NCBI RefSeq assembly: GCF_009914755.1 | Contig: NC_060939.1 | Source: the human T2T-CHM13v2.0 reference genome, Homo sapiens | DNA length: 64,000 bases | Reading direction: 5' to 3' (one strand) | In this document: in pieces, positions 55,117-64,000 of the stretch | How positions within the stretch are numbered: position 1 is the first letter of the stretch | Layout of the letters: every line of letters starts with the position of its first letter | Made by a program: the position numbers and the translations under genes | The notes under the pieces: generated by a model | Databases searched by the model: none | The model's input: the letters and a program-made list of their open reading frames with translations, nothing else | Told to the model about the DNA's origin: nothing

Positions 55117-56024
55117 CTTTGTGGTTTTATCTACTTTTCGTCTTTGATGATGGTGATGTACAGATGGGTTTTTGGTGTGGTTGTCCTTTCTGTTTGTTAG
55201 TTTTCCTTCTTACAGAGAGGACCCTCAGCTGCAGGTCTGTTGGAGTACCCTGCCGTGTGAGGCGTCAGTGTGCCCCTGCTGGGGGGTGCCTCCCAGTTAG
55301 GCTGCTCGGGGGTCAGGGGTCAGGGACCCACTTGAGGAGGCAGTCTGCCCCTTCTCAGATCTCCAGCTGCGTGCTGGGAGAACCACTGCTCTCTTCAAAG
55401 CTGTCAGACAGGGACATTTAAGCCTGCAGAGGTTACTGCTGTCTTTTTGTTTGTCTGCGCCCTGCCCCCAGAGGTGGAGCCTACAGAGGCAGGCAGGCCT
55501 CCTTGAGCTGTGGTGGGCTCCACCCAGTTGGAGCTTCCGGGCTGCTTTGTTTACCTAATCAAGCCTGGGCAATGGTGGGCGCCCCTCCCCCAGCCTCGCT
55601 GTCGCCTTGCAGTTTGATCTCAGACTGCTGTGCTAGCAATCAGCGAGACTCCGTGAGCGTAGGACCCTCCGAGCCAGGTGCGGGATATAATCTCGTGGTG
55701 CATCGTTTTTTAAGCCCGTCGGAAAAGCGCAGTATTCGGGTGGGAGTGACCCGATTTTCCAGGTGCCGTCCGTCACCCCTTTCTTTGACTCAGAAAGGGA
55801 ACTCCCTGACCCCTTGCGCTTCCCAAGTGAGGCAATGCCTCGCCCTGCTTCTGCTCGCGCAGGGTGCGCGCACCCACTGACCTGCGCCCACTGTCTGGCA
55901 CTCCCTAGTGAGATGAACCCGGTACCTCAGATGGAAATGCAGAAATCACCCGTCTTCTGCGTCGCTCACGCTGGGAGCTGTAGACCGGAGCTGTTCCTAT
56001 TCGGCCATCTTGGCTCCTCCCCCC
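55117..56024 (-). promoter_or_regulatory. L1 5' UTR: CpG-rich internal sense promoter with YY1 site, plus antisense promoter
   Basis: caagatggcc YY1 motif near the 5' end; many CpGs retained at 55600-56010. Confidence 0.8.
55572..55880 (+). CDS. L1 antisense ORF0-like frame (102 aa, C-terminally extended)
   Basis: MVGAPPPASLSPCSLISDCCASNQRDSV... from ATG 55572, within ORF-track entry 55503-55880. Confidence 0.55.
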   Translation: MVGAPPPASLSPCSLISDCCASNQRDSVSVGPSEPGAGYNLVVHRFLSPSEKRSIRVGVTRFSRCRPSPLSLTQKGNSLTPCASQVRQCLALLLLAQGARTH

Positions 56025-57750
56025 TTGTGGGAAGTTTTTAATTATTATTATGGATTCAATATCTTGTTATGAATCTATTCAGATTTTCTCTTTATTCTCA
56101 AGTCAAATTGACCAGTTTGTCTTTCTAGGAATATACTCATTTCATCTAGGCTACTGAGTTCATTGGCAAACAATTATTCATTCCCTTATAGTCCTTTTGG
56201 TTTCTGTAAGGTAGGCAGATATCTGCCCCCTTCTTTATTCTTAATGTTAGCAATTTAAGTTTTCCCCTCTCTTTTCCTTTTCAGTCTAGCTAAAGGTTTG
56301 TCAGTTTTGTGAATCATATCAAAGAACCAACTTCTATTGATTTTCTCTATTGTTTTTCTATTTTCTGTTTTATGTATTTCTACTCTAATCTTTATTATTT
56401 TCTTCCTTCTACTTGCTTTGAATTTAGTTTACTATCCTTTTTCTAGTTTATTAAGGCAGACATTTAGGCTTTCTATTTGAGATCTTTTTTTAAATATAGG
56501 CCTTTATAGCTAGACATTTCTAAGTACAGCTTAATTGTGTTCCATATATTGTACTTTCATTTTCATTAATCTCAAGGTATTTCCTAATTTCCCTTGTGAT
56601 TTCATCTTTGACAATTGATTATTTAGGATTATGTCATTCAATTTCCACATATCTGAGAATTTTCCAAATTTCCTTCTCTTATTGATTTTTAATTTTATTC
56701 AATTTTTGTTGGAGGGCACATTTATTGAGGCTTGTTTTATGGCCTAACATATGATCTTTTCTGGAAAATATCTCATGGGCACTTGTGGAGAATGTGTATA
56801 TCACTGTTTGAGGTGGAATGTTCATAGATGTCTATTAGGTCTAGTTGGTTTATAGCATTTTTCAAATCTTCTGCTTTCTTGTTGATAGTCTATTGGTTCT
56901 ATCCATTATTGAAACTGGGTTACTGAAATCTCTCTTATTGTTGAATTGTCTTATTTCTCCTTCAATTCTCTCAATCTTTGCTTTATATATTTTGAAGCTC
57001 TGTTGTTAGGTGCATATATATTTGTAATTGTTTTGTGTTTGTTGAATTGACCCTTTTATTTATGTTCCTAATGCGTTGATCCTTTTATTATTAAAAAAGT
57101 CCTTCTTTGTCTCTGTTAACACTTTTTGCTTTGACGTCTATTTCATCTGATATAAATATAGCTGCTCCAATTCTTTTTTGTTTACTGTTTGCATGCTATA
57201 TGTTTTGTCATCTTTTTCTTTCAACCTATTTGTACATTTGAATCTAAAGTGCATCATATTGTAGGCAGCATATCGTTGGATCATGTTTTTATCTATTCTA
57301 CAGTTCTTGGCCTTTTGATTGGAGTGGTTTTTCCACTAAATTTGATTAGTGTTTAGTTTACATTTAATAAAATTACTGATGAGGTAAGATTTATGTCTGC
57401 TATTCTCCATTTGTTTTCTATATGTCTTTCATCTTTTTTGTTTCTTTATTCCTTTATTACTTCCTTCTTTTGTGTTAAATAAATATTATCTAGCATATAA
57501 TTTTAATTCTCTTGTTGTTTCTTTTACTATTTTTTTGAGAAATACTCAGTGGTTTTCTTGGAGATTGCAGTTAACATCTTAACTTAAGCAATCAAGTTCA
57601 GATTAATACCATTGTAATTTTAATAGTATATAAAAATTTGCTCCGATATAGCTCCACTTCTTCCTCCCTCCTTTGTGCTATTATTGTCACACATGTCATT
57701 ATATTATAAACCCATCAATGCAGTTTTATAATTAATAATTTATGCAGTTG
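56025..57750 (-). mobile_element. L1MB continuation (ORF2 endonuclease region)
   Basis: gggaagtttttaattattatt...ctattcagattttct picks up exactly where 48552 left off. Confidence 0.85.
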
Positions 57751-59110
57751 TTAAGAGACTACTCAACAAATGAGATTAAAGAACTCTACGCTATTACAAC
57801 CCTGTACATAACATGCCCACATCCATACTGTATTAAAGGTCTTCAATGTCTCTGTTTGCCTAGGTTTAGAATACAAAAGAAAATTATTTAATTGCTTAAA
57901 GTAGTATTTAAAAATCCCACCAGTATTGTTCAGAGAGGAAGTTTCACAAGTGAAATTTTAAAAATCTGTATCATCCATCTGTATTATCCTATTATCACTA
58001 TAAATTTGAGAATTTCTTAGGTCATAAGGCAGGACCAACCCCTCTGTGATGGCCACAATAAACCATTTCAAAACGTCTTGACCATTTGAATGGCTAAGTT
58101 AAAGTTTCTCATTACTAAGACTGTATTACTAAGTGGTTCAGATATCAAAGGAAGGGTTTTTAATGATAATACTTACCATGATACACAAGCAGAAGACTCT
58201 TACCAACTGTGTCAACAAGACATATACATAAGACAAATCACAGATCATAGTGGGCATTTCAACCCTTCTGATGCTCTGATTGCAGATTTCAGAACTTAGA
58301 GTACAGAGTATGCAAAAATTTTAATCACACATTATTCTTCTTTCCATAATAAAAAGGTACCCTTTCAAGCTTTTCATGTTTGCTTTTGCTGTTCCTCAGA
58401 TTTGCATGTTGATTTCAGTTTTAATGTTGAAACTTCATTTTCTTCATATTAATTTATTTCTCTTTCTCAAAATCCAACTTGTCTGGGCCCAGCAGAAACC
58501 TAGGGAAATGGCAGCACCAAATGAGAGAGTCAGCAGGTAAGAGCACAGTCAAAATTGGCCCTATGATCAATTCCCAGGATGAGGAGGCAGAAGCCCAGTT
58601 TGTATGAGCCAGTGTTATGGCCAAGAAAATATTGTGAATCATATCTTTCAGATGGGGGGAAGTTGGAAAATGAGTATTAAAGTCAGTGGTCAGAAGACTG
58701 GAGGATGGGTAGGTTCAATGCAAAACATAGGTTTGTTGAATGTGAGGTAGGTGGTCCATGTCAAAACATGGTATATGATGTGGAGCCAGGATCACATATT
58801 TAAGGAGGTATATCAGGCTGAACAGAGACAAAACTCTTTCCTCTATGTCCTCTCTAAAACCTTGTGTCATATTCTTGTAATTAACTAGTCTCCCCTGGGC
58901 CCTGTATCTGATGCTACAGCTGCAGGTACAGGAGCCCTCATAGGCATTTTTATTGCAACATCTTTTAAATTCTCATTTTATTTTGTCTAGTATTAGATAG
59001 TATTTAGGTGCTCACTTCCACTGCAATGGAATTATTCTCTAAAAAGTAATCAGAGTGTATTCTCTGCTGAAGTGTAAGCTTCTTTAGGGCAATAGTTTTT
59101 GTTATACCTC

Positions 59111-59480
59111 TATGTTAGTCAGCTCCAGCTGCCATAATAAAATACCATAGACTGAGTAGCTTAGACAACAAAAATTTATTTTCTCACAGTTCTGGAGGCT
59201 GGAAAGTCTCAGATCAAGGTTCTAGTCAATTTAGTTTCTGGTAAGGGCTCTCTTCCTGGCTTGCAGAGGGCTTCCTTTTTACTATGTCCTTACATGACCT
59301 TTCTTGTCTGTGTGTGGGGATAGAGGGAAAGAGAGATAGAGAGGAGAAAGAGAGAGACAGAGCAAGAGCACATATGCATGAGAGAGATAGGACTCACCCT
59401 GGTGTTGTTTCTTCTAAGGACACTATTTCTATCAGATCAGGGTCCAATCCCTGTGACCTCATTTAACTTCAGTTACCTAT
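59111..59480 (-). mobile_element. MLT1A-like MaLR LTR
   Basis: gctgccataataaaataccatagactg...ttctcacagttctggaggctgg...tgacctcatttaac. Confidence 0.8.
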
Positions 59481-59540
59481 TCCCTCCAGAGCTGTGGAGA
59501 TAGGGAGAGTAATATGTTGTGTATGCTTGCTGTATATAAT

Positions 59541-59659
59541 TAGGGTAGCCATATGATTTGTCATCAGAATGGGTACACTTTGAGAGTAAAAAATCTGCTA
59601 TGATAATTACACCTTATATCCAGCATTGTCCTGGCAAACCTGGCCATATGGTCATACTG
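59541..59659 (+). mobile_element. MER94-like hAT-Blackjack MITE
   Basis: tagggtagccatatg...acacttttgagagt...catatggtcatactg with imperfect inverted termini. Confidence 0.6.
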
Positions 59660-60689
59660 GTCTAATACTAAAGGGCTCCTTTGTTTTCCTTTGCCCCTTT
59701 GGACACATATCTCCCTCAGGAATATTGTGAAGAGTGGCTGGAACTAGGAAATAAAGACAGTACATTTCCACTAATATGCATGAGACAAAGCCTAAGCCAC
59801 GTTGTGAATCATCAAAGTTTGTTAAAGCCACTTTACAATCGTAGCCTGCCAGAGTTGTTAACTTCTGGTTTTTATGCTACAGCTGCAGGTACAGGAGCTA
59901 ACCTGTGAGCTTTCTTGTTATTTTTTATTTCCTACTTATGGGAAACTCAATGCCACTGTGTGATTCATGGGTCAGAGTTCCTAGTAGATGCGAATGATTA
60001 GTGGGTGTGATATAATCAAAGAGGAATACAATAAGGCCACAGTAACTAAGCTGGAAGTTTGACTTTGACATTTAAACCCCCTTGTCCCAGGGCATACTCA
60101 AAACTTAGATGTGGCAAACCAAAGAACCAAGGCCAGAGCACAGAATACTCAGGTTAAGAAGCAACTGGTTCCTGAGTGAGGGAGCAGACTCAGAATGCAG
60201 GGCTCAAATGGAAAGAGACTGGGAACTTCAGGAACTGCATAGGCAAGTAGCATTTTGCAGACATCATTAGAGTAACCTTCAGCAATTCAACAACAGTTAT
60301 TCAGTGCTTAAAAGGATCTTTGGACTTTGGTAAATCCAAAGAAAATACTGCAATTAGTATTAAGGCCATTATATAAAAAGGTAATTTATGAAGGACAGGA
60401 ACAGATATTGGGAAGGGAATTAGCAGGAACCTGACAAACTAGGAGAGGAGGAATCTGAGCCAAGCCAGGCCAGCATGGAAATTATTCTTCTAACCAGCCT
60501 AGCTGAGGTTTTGCCCTGAGAATCTACATCACATTCCCATTAAAGCTTATATTTAGTTTATTAAATATATCTATGCTTAAGTTAATACTCTTTCAGTCAT
60601 GCTTAATTAATTATTTTGCTATCCTCAAGTACTGATTTGAATGAGTCCTGCAGATATTAGGACTAGCTAGACCTCAAATAATGGTTAGA

Positions 60690-60930
60690 GTAAAAATACT
60701 AGGGTCTAAAAACAATAGAGATGGAGAAAACAGAAGTAGTTGCCGGGGTTAGGAGTGGGTGGGGGAAGGGGTTGACTGTAAATTGGCTGCCTGAGGGAGT
60801 TCTGAGGAATGATCACACTGCTTTATATTTTGATTGTGGGAATAGATAAATGACTCTAGGCATATGTCAGAATTCATATAAGTATACAGCACAAACAGTA
60901 AATTTTACTATATGTAAATTTAAAAATAAA
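60690..60930 (+). mobile_element. L1MC/ME 3' UTR fragment
   Basis: agtagttgccggggtt...gtaaattttactatatgtaaatttaaaaataaa. Confidence 0.65.
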
Positions 60931-61849
60931 GGGAACCATGTCCACCTCCGAGGAATAGTGTTCCTGTCCAAACGAAAAGCAAGCAGAAAAGGAGTGGAAA
61001 TGAGCTTCAGGTCTGCGGATCAGCAAGAATACCAGTGTGGATAGAGAGGAGTAGGGAAGAAGTGAGGAGTGGACAGGTTGTGTCAAGTCTGATAGGCCTT
61101 AGTAAGAAGTGCATTTTATTTTAAGTGTGGCAGGAGGCCATTGAGAGTAAGCAGGGTAACTACCCGGTCACCTTTGCATTTTTAAAGGCTTACTCTGGCT
61201 CTTATATGGAGAAGAAACATTAGGGGGCAATTATGGAATTAAGAAAACCATCGTGGTCATGCAGAAATGGTCTTGGAAGAGTTTTAGTGTGGAAGGAGTG
61301 GGTGAGAGGGAGCTTTTTTCTACTGCCCAACCAGAATCCTGTCTCATCATTGAAATGATATACTTAATATTACCTCAGGATTCCTTATCTCTTGGGCCTT
61401 ACAGAGATGTTGTAGTATGTGTAGAAATGCTGCTAGGCAACTTGAAGGTGAGCTGAAGTTGGTGACTAAATTTTTAGTGACTCCAAGGCACAGTTGTATG
61501 ATTTTTCTCTAGCGATGTTCAGGAGCCCATGTGTATGAATGGAGAAGGCAGATGGTTTTACTAATCCAGAGTCAAAGTTTTGCCAGATGTGTGTGAGGAA
61601 TGAACAAAGGGGCCAAATAATATTACTGTAATTCACACTAAGGAGTTAATATTTTAATACAGTACATAATCACATTACAGTAAAAAAGAATATCACATGT
61701 TGAAGACAAGGTGGTGGGAATGATGCTGAGAGTATAGTAGGAAGAATGGTAAAGAGAGAATGGGGTGAGGCATGGTAAAGAGAGGAGGAGAAGAAGGAGG
61801 AGGAAAAGAATATCACAGAGTACTTCCTAACAAAAATAAAGAACGGAGG

Positions 61850-63071
61850 CACAGCTACGGCAGTACACTGAGCTCCATAGAGACAGCACTGGGGCAAGTG
61901 AGAGCTGGATGGGTACTGGATGACTCTGCCTCATTGAGAAAAAATAACTAACCATGGGCAAAGGAGATTCTAAGAAGCTGAGAATCAAAATGTCCTCATA
62001 TGCATTCTTTGTGCAAACTTGTTGGGAGGAGCACAAGAAAAAGCAGCCAATGCTTCAGTCAACTTCTCAAAGTTCTCTAAGAAGTGCTCAGAGTAGTGGA
62101 AGATCATGTCTGCCAAAGAGAAAGGAAAATTTGAAGATATGGCAAAGGTGGACATGAAAAAGTAATGAAAACCTGTGTTTCCTAAAGGGGAAACAAAAAA
62201 AGTTCAAGGAACTCAATGCATCTGAGAGCCTCCTTCGGCTTTTTTTCTTGTTCTGTTCTGAATATCACCCAGAAGTCAAAAGAGAACATCCCATTGGTGA
62301 TGAGGCAAAGGAACTGGGAGAGATGTGGAATAACACTGCACAAATGACAAGCAGCCTTATGAAAAGAAGGCTGTGAAGCTGAAAGAAAAATGTGAAAAGG
62401 ATATTGCTGCATACCAAGCTAAAGAAAAGCCTGATGCAGCAAAAAAAACGGGAGATGTCAAGGCTGAAAAAAGTGAGAAAAAGGAGGAAGAGGAACAAGA
62501 TGAAGAGGAGGAAGAGGAAGAGGAAGAAGAAGAAGAGGAAGAAGGAGGAGGAGGAGAAGGAGGAGAAGAAGGAGAAGGAGAGGGAGGGGGAGGGGGAAGA
62601 GGAAGAAAAAAGTAGTAGTAGTTGGTTCTAGTGACTTTTTTCTTGTCTGCAAACCATTTAACTCCCCTGTACACAACTCACTCCTTTTAAAGAAAATAAT
62701 TGAAATGTAAGGCTCTGTAAGGTTTGTTTTTAAACTGTCCAGTGTCCTTTTTTGTATAGTTAACACACTAATGGATATGTCTTTAGATATCATGCCCTGG
62801 TAGTATTTTCCATAGCCACAAACCTGGCCTGGTACAGTATGGGGGTCGTAAACTGGCATAGAAATCGAAAGCAGGTTCTTATTGGTGCACAGCACAAATT
62901 AGTTATATATGGGGATGGTAGTGTTTTCATCTTCAGTTGTCTCTTACACAAAATAATTGTTCTTTTAACTAAATATCACTCTGTAATTGCAAAAAAAAAA
63001 AAGTCGCAGTGGTTTTGTTGCCATTCTGAATGCTTCTAAGTAAATACAATTTTTTATCCGTTAAAAAAAAA
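61850..63071 (+). pseudogene. HMGB1: HMGB1 processed pseudogene (5' UTR, frameshifted CDS, short 3' UTR, A tail)
   Basis: 5' UTR gagctccatagagacagc...aaataactaaccATG (61954). [30 protein letters not shown], then a frameshift. [22 protein letters not shown] and an acidic tail. Intronless. 3' UTR ends ttctaagtaaatacaatttttt + A9. Confidence 0.95.
62502..62612 (+). repeat. Pure purine (GAG/GAA/GGA)n tract derived from the HMGB1 acidic tail
   Basis: About 111 nt with no pyrimidine. Confidence 0.9.
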
Positions 63072-63519
63072 GAAACAGTACAAGTTCTTGTCCTTTTGGA
63101 AGTAGTCCTTCCTGGAAGCCTGCATATCAGATCATTACAAGTCTATACTTTAATTTAGAATAGTTCATTTTGGACAGTGTGGGATATATGTGTATAATTT
63201 TAATATACACCTTAGGAAGGCATATTAACATTGAGTTACACACATAAGTGGTGTGTAGGAAAAAGGCTCACATTCCACAGGGAATATTCCTAATATCTTT
63301 AATTAACTGAGAGGGTTTGTTAATTAGCATACTGCATTAGAAATTATTTTTCATTGGTAAAATATATAGTATTCTACAGATGTGGATTATGTAGGAATAT
63401 CGTATAGGCTTTTCCACAGCTGCATGAACGGACAAAGTATGGAAATGTGGTGAACTCATTATTTTTACCCTTTGGAATGGTGCTCTATGCTTAGAATTCC
63501 AATTAATTCTTTGTATAGC

Positions 63520-63720
63520 TACTTAGGATGGATTTTGTGGCCTGGCTTCGGCTAGATGTTTAGCTAAGTCATGATGCATCTGCCTTGAGTGACTCTTTCA
63601 TGCAAGTTACTTGCTCTACCATTTAAAAGGTCAGAAAAGTGGGGCTTTAGCAAGCTTACACTATAGGTTGTGTGACTGCTTTTATTCCTTCTTACTGAAG
63701 AACATGTGTAAGTGTCGCAG
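63520..63720 (+). mobile_element. MIR-like remnant
   Basis: caagttacttgctct...taggttgtgtga...catgtgtaagtgt. Confidence 0.4.
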
Positions 63721-64000
63721 ATTTGGTCTATAACTTGATTTCATTATAAAATCCACATAATAGAGAGATTATAAAGGAAAAGACCAATAGTTCTTACCTA
63801 CCTCTAGTCATCAGAAGGTTCCAATAGAGCCTAATAATCAGAAATAATCAAACAGGTTTAAGTCAGTTTGGCAATACACTGTGTAAGACAGCCTGCTTTA
63901 GAAGGTCCTTGGTTCCTTGGTAGATGAGTATGTGTTCTCTTTTTCTGTGTAGCATTGATTACCACCTTGTAGAAACACAAATGCTAATTCTGGAAGTGAA

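Noticed and set aside
61954-62615. HMGB1 retrocopy as a functional retrogene
   Set aside because: Frameshift after about codon 32, further deletions and stops, and an altered acidic tail.

Overview
Primate (hominoid-type, probably human or another great ape) genomic DNA, AT-rich and mostly made of transposable elements. There is no confidently identifiable intact host gene. Subfamily names come from recalled diagnostic sequence, not from a RepeatMasker run. Main contents: (1) old fragmented L1M scaffolds with nested Alu, L1PA and LTR insertions. (2) A full-length L1PA2-type LINE-1 (minus strand, ~49985-56024) with an open ORF1 and an ORF2 broken by one nonsense codon (Q34*). Its real insertion extends to ~48553: it carries a ~1.4 kb 3' transduction (unique DNA plus a MER31-like LTR containing an AluS), ends in a 38-nt poly(A), and is bounded by a 15-bp TSD at a perfect TTTT/AA site. 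(3) A 5'-truncated MRPS33 retrocopy joined directly, in the same orientation, to an L1PA8 3' fragment (candidate template-switch chimera). (4) A near full-length L1MA whose RT region holds an inversion patched with Alu fragments at both breakpoints. (5) An L1MA with ORF2 deleted and a repeated motif at the junction. (6) U6 and HMGB1 retropseudogenes, an ERVL integrase/dUTPase remnant, and DNA transposons. (7) Two short non-tandem duplications (43 bp and 25 bp), and a speculative chain of three in-phase terminal exons at 18.3-20.9 kb.
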